A stretch of DNA of 63,460 nt, counting the filler, from Guillardia theta CCMP2712 (lineage: Eukaryota; Protista; Cryptophyta): assembly GCF_000315625.1 (NCBI RefSeq). It is 5 parts of 5 records of this genome, joined end to end, with 100 filler letters (N's around TTAATTAATTAA, not from the genome) between each part and the next. Parts side by side here need not be neighbours in the genome. Positions count along the whole stretch, not along the records: positions 1 to 15,520 come from NW_005434320.1; 4 more parts are not named here. One strand, given 5' to 3'. The notes beneath the pieces are model-generated. The model was not told where the DNA came from, did no database searches, and was given only the letters and a program-made list of their open reading frames with translations. Position numbers and translations under genes: made by a program. Position 1 is the first letter of the stretch, and each line of letters starts with the position of its first letter. Of the stretch, positions 1 to 13,349 are shown piece after piece.

Positions 1-636
1 AGGGAGCAGACGAGGAGCAGATGACGGTAGACGGGCTGACGCCGGAGAGTATCATCTCGTCGGAGATCAGCAAGGGGTGAGATGGTTCTTGTGATTGTTG
101 TTGTTGTTGTTGTTGGAGGAGGTGGTGGTGGTGGTGAAGGAGATGAAGTTGTTGTAGTTTTTGTAGTAGTTGTTGTTGATGATGATGATGATGGAGATGA
201 CGGAGATGATGATGGAGATGATGATGATGATGATGATGACGACGACGACGACGACGACGATGATGACGATGATGATGGAGATGGAGATGGAGATGATGAT
301 GATGATGCAGATGCTAGTCTGTCCTTCGCGCTCGTGCCCTTCGCAATGCTTTGCTCTGAGCGTTCTGTCAGGTTCCCTTGGGCAAAGGATCGGGCGCTGC
401 CTGAGGGAGGAGGGGAGGAGGGCGCAGAAGCTGCACCTTCAGAGGAAGAAGAGAAAGTTTTATCACGAGCGGAGGGCAAGGATGAAGTAATGACGGCTGC
501 GCTGGGAGAGAATGTCGAGGTGGATCAGGAGGAGGAAGCGGAGGAGGAGGAGGAGGGAGCGAAAGAGATTCGAAAGTTGCTCGCAGCCTCCGGCTTGTTG
601 ATTTCTCCGTCGAAGCTCAAAGGTGGGAGAGGATAA
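1..636 (+). CDS. 3' part of a hypothetical intron-containing gene
   Basis: GTGAG donor at ~77, then a GTT/GGT/GAT microsatellite intron, then a coding-like acidic exon ending TAA at 636; no recognisable domain. Confidence 0.3.
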
Positions 637-919
637 CGAAGGATACGATGAGCGAGGAGAGCCAAGTGAGCGGAAAGGTTGATGGAGGAGATGCAGGAAA
701 GGGTCATAGAGAGCAGGTAGAGGACAGAGAGGATGTGAGAAGGAGAGGAGGTGAGTTGACAAGAGGGGAGGACAAGGGAAGGAAGTGGAGGGCAGGAGGG
801 ACCGCAACGATGGAGGAGGGAGGGGAGGGGAGGGGAGGGGAGGGGGGGGGAGGGAAAGGCGAGGAGGAGAGGAGGGGAGAGGAGGAAGGATATATTAGCA
901 AGATTCATTACAAGAGGGA

Positions 920-3092
920 TCATCTCCCCATCACATGAAACGTCAAGTAAGAATCGTCCGCGTATGAGTCCAGCGCCAGGCTCGTGACCATGAAGATGAC
1001 GTAGCATGCGACTAGCACGGTGCCTGTTGCGCAGTGAGCGATGAAGGGAGGACGGCCAGGAGGGGAGGGGAGGGGAGAGGGGGAAAGAATGGAAGGCAGA
1101 GGACAGAGATGAGAAGGGGGAAGAGAGGAGAGGAGAGGAGAGGAGAGGAGAGGAGAGGAGAGGAGAGGAGAGGAGAGGAGAGGAGAGGAGAGGAGTGGAG
1201 TGGAGTGGAGGAGAGGAGGGGAGGTTGGGAAAGGCGAGCAAACGTGAATGGAAACGAGAGGGAGGGAAAAGAGGAAGTGAGGGAGGGAGGGAGGAGAGGA
1301 AGGGAGAAGAGCAAGAGCGACGGGAGTGAGGAGGGGGGAGGGAGGAAAGGAGGGAGGAAGGGAGGGAGGGAGGGAGGGAGGGAGGGAGGATGCTTCAGAC
1401 CGAAGAGAGCATCGGCCTTAAAGCCCGTGAAGTTCAAGTAGAGGACGGCAACGAAGACTGACGAGAAGAGGAAGGCGAGACAGACCTGCAGCAAGCTGAT
1501 GAGGAGATGGAAGGGAGAGGAGGAGGAGGAGGAGGGGGAAAGAGAAGGAGGAGGAAGAGAAGGAGGAAGACGGCGAGGAGGAGGAGGAGGAAGAGAAGGA
1601 GGAGGAGGTGACGAGGGGAAAGGGGGGATATGCTGGTTTCTCGACTTACGATAATCTGCGTCGTTAAATGTAGAGGGTACGGACTGTGCACGAGCCAGTT
1701 GCCGAAGATGGCGCAGCAGCCGCTGGAGGAGAAGTCAGAGGGAGTGAGAGGCGGCGGACAGGAGGAGGAAGTTAACGAGGGCAAGAAGTGACAGGGGAGG
1801 GGAGGGGAGGGGAGGGAAGGAAAGAGACGAAGAGGAGGAGTAGAAGGCAGGAGGGAAGAGGGAGGGGAAGGAGGGAGAGGGAGGATGGGGAGGAGGGAGG
1901 AGAGGAGGGAGGAGGGAGGATAGGCAGGGAGAGAGGGAGGAGGGAGAGGGAGGATGAGGACGAGGAGGGAGGAGGGAGGAGGGATGAGACTCACAGGCCC
2001 ATCAGGATGTTCATCAGCGGAGCCCCCACGCAGGCGCTCGCTGCCATGTTGGGGTAACCAGCGCGCGCGACTCCGATGTTGGTCACGAGGTCCTGCATGC
2101 CGATGCCTGCAAGGGAGGAGGTGAACGAGAGGCAGAGGGACAGGGAGGAGAGCGACCGATGGCGAGGAGGCTGATGCCCAGGGAGACGTTGCCCAGCTCG
2201 AAGATGACCTGGACGTGCAGTGAGGAGGGTGGGGGAGGAGCTGTAAACTTGCGCACCCGAAGGCCAGGACAACGTTGACGATCTCGGCAGCAGTCGCGTA
2301 GATCCAGATGACGGCAGCGGCAAAGCCGGCGAATGCCAGAGATCGGTGCCACTAAGGAGGTGGAGACGTCAGCGAGGAGGAGGTGAACGGAAGGAGGTCA
2401 CAGCTGGGCGCTTGTTGGAGGTGGAGGACCAGATGTAGTAGGCGACGAAGGCGCCGATGACCGCGGCAACGAGCATACCGACGAGAGTGTAGAGTAGGCG
2501 GTAGGGGCTGTTGGTGTAGAGATGCCTATCAAGAAGGTGAGGAGGACGGACAACAGGAAGAGGAGGAGACCTTGAGATGAACCAGGCCAGGAATATGGGC
2601 AGAAAGAACATCTGGAGGAGGAGGGGAGGGAGAGAGGCAGAGAGGCAGAGGAGGAGGGAGAGAGAGCAGGAGAGGTGGGGGAGGGGAGGGAAAACTTTAG
2701 AAAATTCCATCATTCAGCAGGAAGCAGCCAAACCTGAATCGTAGTCGCCGAGCGAGACCTGTTGGTAAGCAGGGTAATCAGAGCGAGCAGCGAGCAGCGA
2801 GAAGAGGACAAGAGGAGGAGGAGGGGGAGGAGGAGGAGGAGGGGGGGGGAGGATGATGAGGTTGAGGTTGAGGTTGAGGTTGAGGATGAGGATTTACCAG
2901 CCGTCCTCAGGCAAAGATTCATCCACGACCGGAACCGTCAGCTTCATAACCGTGGAGACCTGGAGAGTTTCGAATGAGGAGGGAGAGGAGGGAGAGGGAG
3001 GTTTCACCGGGATCTGGATAAAAACCAACACCTTCTCGAACCAGCTCATCTTCTCCAGCCTGCCCAACAAACGTCAAGGTCTCCTGCTCCTG

Positions 3093-3137
<45 letters not shown>

Positions 3138-4980
3138 ATACTACTGCTCCTGCTCCTGCTCATACACCTGCTCCTGCTCTCATCCTCCAGCTCCTCCTCA
3201 CCCCCTCCCCCACCTCGCGTGAGACGGCGGCATGAAATGTCGGAGGAGAACTTCATGCAGTTCCTGTTTGAGTCGAGTTAAGGCAGAAAAAGGCGGTTCG
3301 ACATCGTACATCATCCTTCTGTATGAGCGAAGATTTCTCCTTCTCCCCCTCCTCCACCACGTTCGGAGTTGCCTGTCAAGGCAGGTCAGCCGCTGCTGGG
3401 GAGTGTGGGCAAGGGGAGGCTGGTACCAGAGCAACATCTTCCTCCAATGGCTCCATGCCGAACACCTGGGGTCAGAGTCATACAAGTCACCAACTTCTTC
3501 TCCTTCTTGTCCTCTACATCAACATTTCCATCATCATCTCCATCATCATCGTTCTCGTCGTCATCAATAACATCTCCAGCATCATCGTCGTCATCAACAA
3601 CATCTATGTTATCATCACGGTCATCATCAAAAGCTACAATCGTCATCTTCGTTTTCACAATTTCCCACCAGCAAAATTTTCTCAAAGTAGATGACAACGA
3701 CAACGTATGTGGCGTAGACAATCAGGAAAATAATTCCCTGCCCAGTAAACGTCAGACAAGGCAGCTGGTTCGACCGAGCAGGACCTCCATAGTCGAGATC
3801 TGACCGTCCAAAAGAATAATCGTGCTCAAAGCAAGGGAAAGCAGGTAGAATCCACAGTCTCGAAGGTACTCCCCTGCCAGCCTTTCACACACTGCCCCCT
3901 CCCCCCGCCCTCCCCAAACCTCTCCCTTGTTCCCCCTCCTCCCCTCTTCCCTCCCTTCGTCATCTCCCCGCCCTGCTTTCTCCTACCTCTGTTCGCCGTG
4001 AACGGAGTCAGGATCGCAATCAGCCCCTGCGCTCGTTGTCATTTCATTTCCTACCCTTCACCCGCACACAGAGAAAACCTGGATGCCACAGAAAATCAAC
4101 ATTCCGTTCCCCAGCACCTCTCCGATCGCCAGCTCCATGCCCTGGCGGATCGCTAGTTAGGATCAGGGCCACTGCCCGTCGCGTCGCCGTCACCTTGATC
4201 CCAGACAGAGTCGCTGCTGTCATGCTGGAACCAACGACTCGTCATGCCCTTCTCCTCTTTCGCTCGCCTCCTCCTCCTCCTCCTCCTCCTCCTCTCTCAC
4301 CTGAACAAGTCAGAGGATCCGTTCCCAATCGCGAGGAAGGTAACGCCGGCAACGCTCTGTCGCAGCATGCACATCCTTGACATGGTGGCCAGCGACGGGA
4401 TGAGAAAGTCCACCATGGCCATGAGCCAGACAAACAGGATCAAGATCCAGAGGAAGAGGACAACACCAGCAAGAGCGGTGGCTTTCGGCATCCAGCAGTA
4501 TGGGATCTCAACATAGTTGACCAGCCCGTCCTTGGGTTTGCATCGCTCCTTCACAAAGGCGCACACGTTGTCGTAGTCCTCCTGCGTGCTTGCGCTGCTC
4601 GCCATGACCCCGACATCCTTGCACTGCTGCCATGCGTATTTGCTTCCCTCCACCTTCTCCTCCAGCATTCGGTCTGCGTCTGCACCCACTGCCTGGTTGA
4701 GCACAGTGTTGGACTGCCTGATCAATCTGTCCAAACGCACCCCCAGGTTTCTGTTGTCGAGCTTGCTCTTCCTAATCCGATCATAAAGGTTCACAGCCTT
4801 GATTTCTAGCTGCAGATCCTTCTCCATCCTCCTAAGGTTGTTCACCTCCTCCTTGCTTGCAAACAGCTCCGACTCCCGCGCAACATGTTGATGTTCACGG
4901 CGCTCAGCAAGATGTGAGCTAGCGAACGAGGCGAGCTGTACCGTGAGCAGGGCAAGGACGACCCTTCTAGTGGCCAGCAT
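920..4980 (-). CDS. Cation/Ca2+ exchanger, CCX/NCLX (SLC8B1-like), multi-exon
   Basis: Signal peptide; C..G.VNY....YC motif; alpha-1 repeat VAGVTFLAIGNGSSDLF; alpha-2 repeat LGISLLAIG...DLVTNIGVARAGYPNMAASACVGAPLMNILMGL; last TM exon VLVACYVIFMVTSLAL ends TGA at 920-922. Confidence 0.85.
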
Positions 4981-5745
4981 GTTGTGCCAGAGAGCAGGAT
5001 CTACCAGCCTCAGTCCGTGACTCGTCTCAGACCCGAGTGTGTGACTATCCTGTCCTCCTTGCGTCCTTGCTCGTTATCCTTCTCCTCCCACCTTCTTCTC
5101 TCTTCTCCTCTCCTTGCCTCCTCGTCGTTACTTACGATGGCCACTCCGCGGTTCCTCCCCACACGACCATGCCCGAAGAGACGCTGAGGCGCGCCCGCTG
5201 GTTCGATTTCTCCCAAATATCACCGAGCAACACCGTGCCTCCCAGCAGTGCGAGCTAGTCCTCACAAGTTGCAAAGAGACGGAAATGCAGGGGAAAGTGA
5301 AAACGTGGGGAACGTGGGAATGAGAGGGAAAGTGTCAGGCGATGGGGTAGCAGGAGCAGGAGGAGCAGGAGCAGCAGGAGCAGCAGGAGCAGGAGCAGGA
5401 GGAGCAGGAGCAGGAGCAGCAACCAGCAGCAACCAGAAGTAGAAGCAGCAGCAGACGAGGTCGAGTGAAACAGTGATGGGATAGATGAGATGGAAGAGAT
5501 GAAAAAGGCACTGAGCCTCATGTGGACGAAGGTGGACGGTGATGAAGTGGTTGGGGGCGGGGTAAGGATGAGGATTGTTTGTGAATGATGAGTAAACATG
5601 CAAAGGAATTGGCTGGAAGGACGATAAAGTTTTTCAAACAACCGGACGACATAGAATTCATAGATTTGCACGGATTTTGAAGTTGGCATGTTCAAATTCT
5701 TGGAAACGATTCCATTTCCCTTGGCAAAAGTGTAATGCAAACAAA

Positions 5746-7338
5746 TCAAACCAATCTAACAACACGCAGCGTTCCTGAAATTCTGTCAAGTTTCTCCTCG
5801 AAGAAGCTCCTCATCCCCTCCATCCTCTCCCGCCCCTCCCGCGTCTCCGACATGCTCCCAAAGTCCTCCCCGAAAAGCTGTGCACACGTCCTTTCAGTCC
5901 CTCCCCCCCCCGCTCCCTCTCTCCTCCCTCTTACCATGTCCGTACGGTGCGTTCGTACTACATCCTCCCCCGTCGGCTCCTCCCCGAGGTATCTCCGTAC
6001 CTGCATGTACGTCGACCTGCATTCATCAACCCGTCACATCACCAATCTTTCCGTACAAGCGCCTCTCATCCCTCCCATACACAATAAACAAACATCCTTC
6101 ACAAGCTCTCCTCCTTCTCACCTGGTCTCGGCGCTCCCCTGGATCCTCTCCCACTCCTCCGTCTCCACCGCCTCCACCGTGTGCAGGCTGCTCACCACAC
6201 GCCCCGTCTCGTCCTCCTCCCTCTCTACCGTCGACCGCACCAGCATGCTGTCCTCCAGCAGACCCCCTGCTGACCTCCCGCACAGACGGTGGTAGCTCAC
6301 CGCCCGCGCCTCCCCGGACGACAGCAGCTCGTCCACCAGCATGCACACGTACTCCACGTCTGACGTCGGCAGCTCCCGCTCGACCAGCCCCTCCTCGCCA
6401 TGCCTCTCTCCCGCTTGCTCCTCGCCTGCCCCTGCCTCCCATAGCCCCTCCAGCCCCCTCGTCACCTCCGTCCTCCCCCGCTGGGCCTCCCCCGGTCCCC
6501 AGTGCACCCTCCACGATGCCCAGCCCCGTGACGACGCTTCAGCTGCCGGGGGCTCGCTGGTCCTGCTTGCGTCCCTCCCGCGCAGACCCTCTCCAGCCCG
6601 GGCCCGGGCCGCGTTGAGCTCCCCGACCGTCTCAGCCAAGGAGCCCAGCACCCCGCGGAGGTCAGGGCCCATGGCGTTGATCAGCCGCAGGACCGCCGGC
6701 TCGCTGTACCCCGCCCGCGACGAGGCGACGACGAGCGGCAGGAGCGTGTCCAGGCTCCCGTGGCTTGACGCCGTCGACCAGGGCGAAAGCTCGCGCTCTG
6801 TCATCCCTTCCTCAGGGGAGTAGACCAACGGCGGCGATGCTGACTTCTTTCTCGGCTTCTGTACCGACCTGGCCTTGGACCCGCTCCTGCACTCCTCTGG
6901 CTTGCCCCGAGCAATGCAGGTAGAGCAAGGCCGGCTCTTGTCGCACCTCGTCTTCGACACCTTGCACGACAGGCATGACGTCGCTCCCATCTCGGCATCA
7001 CATTCATCCTGGCAGCCTCGCGTGATGCAGCTGAGGCAGGGCCTGAGGCGGTCGCAGCGGAGCTTCTGGCGTCGGCAGCGGGTGCAGGCGCGGCCTTGGG
7101 GCTGAGCGCGCTTGAGGGAGCGATGGAGGATCTGGCGGAGATCTTGGCAGGAGTCATCGAGGTAGAGGTCTTCAGGGAGCATGGGGAGGAAGATATGATC
7201 CAATACCTTCTGCTCTTTTTGTTGCATGTCAATCAGTTTGCTATCAATTGTTTTTTTTGGATCGTTCTCTTTTGGAATATTTGATTTAGTTGATCTTTCA
7301 ATCGCCTCCTGCTTGCCACAATCAGATTTTCGTAGCAT
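5746..7338 (-). CDS. Transcription factor with two tandem Zn(II)2Cys6 (GAL4-type) clusters, copy 1
   Basis: ACTRCRRQKLRCDRLRPCLSCITRGCQDEC and SCLSCKVSKTRCDKSRPCSTCIARGKPEEC; intron near 6017-6121; exact ends approximate. Confidence 0.8.
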
Positions 7339-8003
7339 TTATCAAAAGGATCTTAGCGATTTTGATTTGTGGCAACTAGAAAATTTGTGGCAACTAGAAA
7401 AAACTTGCATTAAGCATATGGTTTAATATTTTTAGAGAAAACAGCATTGCTATCGGCAGCATTGAAATGATGTGAAAGCAGTAACGATACTGTTTGACAC
7501 AACAGATAGAGAAGCAAGCTCCAAAGTACACATCGCAAGAGCAAAGCGTGAAAGGCAATGAATCAGAAATCGATATCAGAAGAAAGAGTTGAACAAACAG
7601 CGAAGACAGAATATAAGACAAAAATAGCAGGCAGGCAAAAATATGAATAGTGCGGAAAGACGAGGACTGAGGACAATAAATGCGATGCGCATCTCTCAAG
7701 GGTCCAAGAGAAAGGAAGAAGGGAGGAAGAGGAATCATAATGTGACTAGAGAGCATGTGGAGCATCACGGTGGAGGGAGGGAGCAGGCATCAGCAACGTG
7801 GCTGCAGCCAACCAGGAGGGTGACGAGGAGATGCGCAAATGATGATATGCAGGCAGAGGACGACACCGAGGATTTCAGGCGTAAAATCGAGCCCTCTTTA
7901 CTACACTAAGTGGTAGATATGCCTATTTTACTACAGAGAAAGGTGTTAAAGGATAGGGTAAAAAAAGGGTGGCGCCGTGCTCAAAGACAAGGACAAAAAC
8001 ATT

Positions 8004-9440
8004 TTACAAGTTTGGTGTAGTAATTTTGAGCGCTGAAAGTTGCTCCTCGAAGAAGCTCCTCATCCTCTCCATCCTCTCCCGCCCCTCCCGCGTCTCCGAC
8101 ATGCTCCCAAAGTCCTCCCCGAAAAGCTGTGCACACGTCCTTTCAGTGCCCCCCCCCGCTCCCTCTCTCCTCCCTCTTACCATGTCCGTCCGGTGCGTTC
8201 GTACTACATCCTCCCCCGTCGGCTCCTCCCCGAGGTATCTCCGTAGCTGCATGTATGTCGACCTGCATTCATCAACCCGTCACATCACCAATCTTTCCGT
8301 ACAAGCGCCTCTCATCCCTCCCATACACAATAAACAAACATCCTTCACAAGCTCTCCTCCTTCTCACCTGGTCTCGGCGCTCCCCTGGATCCTCTCCCAC
8401 TCCTCCGTCTCCACCGCCTCCACCGTGTGCAGGCTGCTCACCACACGCCCCGTCTCGTCCTCCTCCCTCTCTACCGTCGACCGCACCAGCATGCTGTCCT
8501 CCAGCAGACCCCCCGCTGACCTCCCGCACAGACGGTGGTAGCTCACCGCCCGCGCCTCCCCGGACGACAGCAGCTCGTCCACCAGCATGCACACGTACTC
8601 CACGTCTGACGTCGGCAGCTCCCGCTCGACCAGCCCCTCCTCGCCATGCCTCTCTCCCGCTTGCTCCTCGCCTGCCCCTGCCACCTCCCATAGCCCCTCC
8701 AGCCCCCTCGTCACCTCCGTCCTCCCCCGCTGGGCCTCCCCCGGTCCCCAGTGCACCCTCCACGATGCCCAGCCCCGTGACGACGCTTCTGCTGCCGGGG
8801 GCTCGCTGGTCCTGCTTGCGTCCCTCCCGCGCAGACCCTCTCCAGCCCGGGCCCGGGCCGCGTTGAGCTCCCCGACCGTCTCAGCCAAGGAGCCCAGCAC
8901 CCCGCGGAGGTCAGGGCCCATGGCGTTGATCAGCCGCAGGACCGCCGGCTCGCTGTACCCCGCCCGCGACGAGGCGACGACGAGCGGCAGGAGTGCATCA
9001 AGTATTCCAGTTGACTCGGGAGAGAGTGGAGTCCATGGTGAAGTTACATCGTCTTGGAGGTTTTGAATCCTTTGGTTCTGCAATCCTCGCAATTTCGTTA
9101 TCTCATTTTCCATCCTGCTTTCCTTGTTATCAGCTGAAGTCTTGTTTGTCGGTTCGTTGCGACATTCTTCGACTTTGCCCCGAGCAATGCAGGTAGAGCA
9201 AGGCCGGCTCTTGTCGCACCTCGTCTTCGACACCTTGCACGACAGGCATGACGTCGCTCCCATCTCGGCATCACATTCATCCTGGCAGCCTCGCGTGATG
9301 CAGCTGAGGCAGGGCCTGAGGCGGTCGCAGCGGAGCTTCTGGCGTCTGCAGCGGGTGCAGGCGCGGCCTTGCGATCGTGGACGCTTCAAGGACTCCTCTA
9401 GGAGCCTTCGCAGATCGTCGTCGTCACCCAAATTTTCCAT
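8004..9440 (-). CDS. Transcription factor with two tandem Zn(II)2Cys6 clusters, copy 2 (tandem paralogue)
   Basis: Same two C6 clusters; near-identical blocks to copy 1. Confidence 0.8.
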
Positions 9441-9799
9441 TTCTTCTCCAAGAACCCAGTATGTTTTTGCTCTTAGAATTCATTGGAAGTGCAGCAGTCA
9501 TCGAGCAAGTTCGGCCATCATTCGTTTCGATGTCTCCTCCTTGTACCTCCTCCTCGTGCGCCGCCCTCCTTCTGCCTCCCCTGCTCGTGCCATCCCGAGG
9601 ATACTAGACTCCAACGGGCCGAGGATCTGTTTCTGCTATTTTCTCTTTTTTCCTCTCCTTTACCACTGGCACCCAACATCAACGAATGTAATCTCGAGAT
9701 ATCTCTAAACAACAGTTTTAGCCGAATCCTGGTATCTTTTACCACACATCATGGGGGGCAGACACCACCCTGTTTTTGAACCTTCAAACACCCGGTGTG

Positions 9800-10640
9800 T
9801 GCCTCTCATTTCGACTCTCACCCGCGTGGTAAAGCCTGACTGAAACGTGACGCACCAGTAGTAAAGTTGCAGCGCACGGTATCAAGTTCCGCTCTGCCAG
9901 GCTGCTCCCTGAGGCGGTGACCATGAGATTCAAGTCAGTGCCGGAGACGCCCGGCCTTTGGGCCCGGCCAACCGTCCGATACGGTGAGTCACGGAACTGC
10001 AAATCATTGAATCCCGAGTCCATCTCTCGGACTCCCGGAAGTTTATGACGGCAGTGCTGCCAGGCTAGTCTAGTCCGACCGTTGAGCCTCGGAGGAGTCC
10101 GGGGCCGGGCCGACTGACTCGGACTCGTGAGTCGCCGTTCGACAGCCATGATGGCATCAGTGATCCGGGCCTGATCGTGCCACCGTCAGGCTCCGATCAT
10201 TCGGGGGAGTCGGAGTACCGTCACCGTACCTGAGTCCGATCACCGCCGGTCACCCGGGTGCCGCCACTGAGGCTGGCCCGCCGCACCATGCCACCGTGCT
10301 GAGTGCCGCATGTGTGCGGCCCAGCCGGCGGCACCCGCGAGACCGTCCAGCCTCCGGGTCCCCGGGCCGGGCAGTTCAGTGACGGTTCCACTGGCCCAGG
10401 GGGTTCCGAAGTTCAGTGAGTCCGACTCAGGCAGTGTCACCGTCTCTGCGGCGAGTCGGGCCGGGGCCGGGACCGCTCAGCGGCTCTGCCGGGCCCGGGG
10501 CCCGGTCAGTGGCGCGCTGCAGGGCCCGGCGCACCGGCCGCACTGCGCCGCATTGGCCCGGCGCAGGGGCCCGACGCAGGCGGCCCGGCCCGGCAGAGGC
10601 AGGGGCCCGGCGTATTTTATTGGGACTGAGATGGGAAGTG
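9800..10640. promoter_or_regulatory. GC/CpG-rich island between divergent genes
   Basis: Very high GC, dense CCGG and GACTC/GAGTC words, no credible ORF, lies between 5' ends of divergent genes. Confidence 0.4.
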
Positions 10641-11284
10641 GCCCTCCTACGTGTACAGGGAGTGAACTATGCTGGCGGCTGCTGGTTACAATGCCTCGCC
10701 GCCCTCCTCCTCCTCCTCCTCCTCCTCCTCCTCCTCCCCTTATTTCCACCCTAATCCTCGTCTTCCTACCTTCCTACCCTACTCCTCCTCCTCCTCCTGC
10801 CCTCCCAAGCAACGTACTCAACCTCCTCATCTCCTTCCCACCTTGTGCTCGTACTGCTCTCCTGCCCCCCTTCTCCTCTCTCGTGTGAACAGCAATCCCT
10901 GCTTCTCATCGAAAGCGTCTCCATTCTAACTTTTACCTAAACCCATATCTTTATGTTTTTGAGCTCCGTTCAAAGTTGATTTTCCATGTATCGCTGATGT
11001 TTCCTCCAACGACGCTGTTTGTACTATCTGGTCATACCGGCCTGTTTGTGTTTACTTTTCGTCTCATCTCTGCCTTGATATCTAGCATGCGATACTGCAT
11101 TGCTCATTCTCTGTAGACCTTCATCTGACCCTTACTGCCATTGTTTGATCGCGGCTAAGAATCTAAGGTATAGAAATAGCTTTATCATGTGAGGGATACT
11201 GGAGGGAATAGAATGAGCTCCTCTCCTCCGATCAGTGAAACACTGTGCCGCTCAATGTTCACTCTCAAGTTTGCAGGATCTATC

Positions 11285-13001
11285 ATGAGTTCTGCAGAGG
11301 AGGAGCATCCAACGGCGAGCGGCTCAGTTGAAGTTGGAGGAGAGTCGATGATTGCTGGGAGCGAGGGTGGAGCTGTTGGAGGGAACGACGGAGGGTTCGT
11401 GCAAGGGCACTCGGCGGACTTCAGCAACATCGACGACGGCTCGAACTCCAAAGCATCGAAGCCTCATGGTGGGATGGGACTCTTTGCGAACGCGTGGAAA
11501 GCTGCGCAGAAGTTGGCGAGCGACATCGGGGCAGGAGACATGCTGCACGACATGAAGTCTCAGATGAACAAAGTCAAGGCGCAACAGTACGGCGACAAGC
11601 TGAAGCTCGTGGAGTCGACGGAGGATGTGGAGACTGCGATGGCGTACATCAAGGAGACCAAGATAAAGTACGCTCACCTGCTCTCCGTCCTTCAGGACAT
11701 GGCGGTAGAGAACGCAAAGATCGCTGGCCCCCTGAGACGCGTTGGCGCTGCCTTTGTCAAGTGTGCCACCATTAGTGATCGGGTGGCCCGAGACTTGGCG
11801 ACTAGCGGGAAGGAGAGTTTCTTCAAGGAGACACCCACGTATCAGCAGGACCTCAACGAAGCGCTCATGGTTACTTCAGGTCGTCACTATCCTCTGTCGC
11901 TCACAGTCGCTGCTATCAAGTAGTTTGCTGACAACCCCGCTAGGTGCCATGCTGTACCAGGCTGACAGATCGCAGAGCATGTACACGACGAGTGAGACGA
12001 TGGACGCGTCTCGTGCGAACTTCGAGCAGGTGAGGATCACGAGGGATGAACTACATAGAGGAGGGTGGGAGGAGTAGGAGAGATTCTGGAGCTGAAGGAG
12101 GGAGAGGGCAGAGGAGGGAGAGGTTAGAGGAGGGAGAAGGAGGGAGGAGGCAGAAGGAAGGAGGACGGAGCAGAAAGGAGCGGGGAGGATCATTCCTGCT
12201 TGGAGGCTGACGGTAGTGCAGGGAAATTACTCCACCAAGTACTACACGAAGCAGGAGAGGTTTGGCCCGGGCCCCATCTCCGAGCTGACACAGGTCTCTT
12301 CCTTCTCCCCTTCCCTTGCTACATCCTTAACAGACGGCAGGTGGTGGAGGAGCTGGTGAGGAACGAGATCGGAGATGCTGTGCGAATGAGGAACAAGGTC
12401 CAGCTGCTGTCCATGGTCAGCGCAACTGACTCCCCGATGCCTCCAGTACAAGACTGCTCGATTGGATGCGAGCATCCAGCAAAGGGAGCTGGAGGACAGC
12501 AAGGTCTGCAAGAGCTGTGAAGCAGAGGATTGGGACGGGAATGGGGAAGGGGGGGGAAGGAGGAGAAGGTGGAGGAGGAGGAGGAGTGACTTTGTGTGAA
12601 GGGGAAAGGGAAACTGAGCGACGAGGAGGTGAAGGAGTTGGAGGTGCGAGCGGCTCGGAGGTCCCGCGGCTGTTCTGACGTGGTTGGGACACGCAGGAGG
12701 ACCTCGAGAAGAATCTTCAAACGATGAGCAACGCGAGGGAGGACATGCTTTCTGCCTACAAGGCCCTCTGCCAGGTGCTCCCCTGCCACCTTGCTTGCAT
12801 CCTTGGCTGACCAGCGCGTGGTCAGAGCAAGAAGAAAGTAGCTGCGAGTGTTGAGAAGCTCCTGGAGGAGGAGAAGGTATCTGTTCTCATCCTTCATTGC
12901 ACGCTGAACCCTCGCAGAACATGCACGCAGAGGCGATCAAGTCGCTGCGCAACACCCTCAAGTCCCTCCCCAACGCCCCGATCGATCTCTCGGAAGGATG
13001 A
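11285..13001 (+). CDS. Arfaptin-homology/BAR-like coiled-coil protein, multi-exon
   Basis: Helical pattern STEDVETAMAYIKETKIKYAHLL...LGAAF-like...EELVRNEIGDAVRMRNK/YKTARLD; last exon ends PIDLSEG-TGA at 13001; family call by motif resemblance only. Confidence 0.5.
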
Positions 13002-13049
13002 TCAGTGATCGATGCCAAGAAGCGTGCGGGCCCGTTCTGATGAGAAAAG

Positions 13050-13201
<152 letters not shown>

Positions 13202-13349
13202 AATGAGGGGAAGGAGGAGGAGGAGGAGGAGGAGGAAATACAGGTCAAGGCGGGCAGGAGAAGCATGTGCTGCTGACCTCTTGTCTTCTCCGCCACCGAC
13301 ACCCTAACGCGCTCCATCCGTGACAGTCTCTCACTCCTGCCACCTCTCT

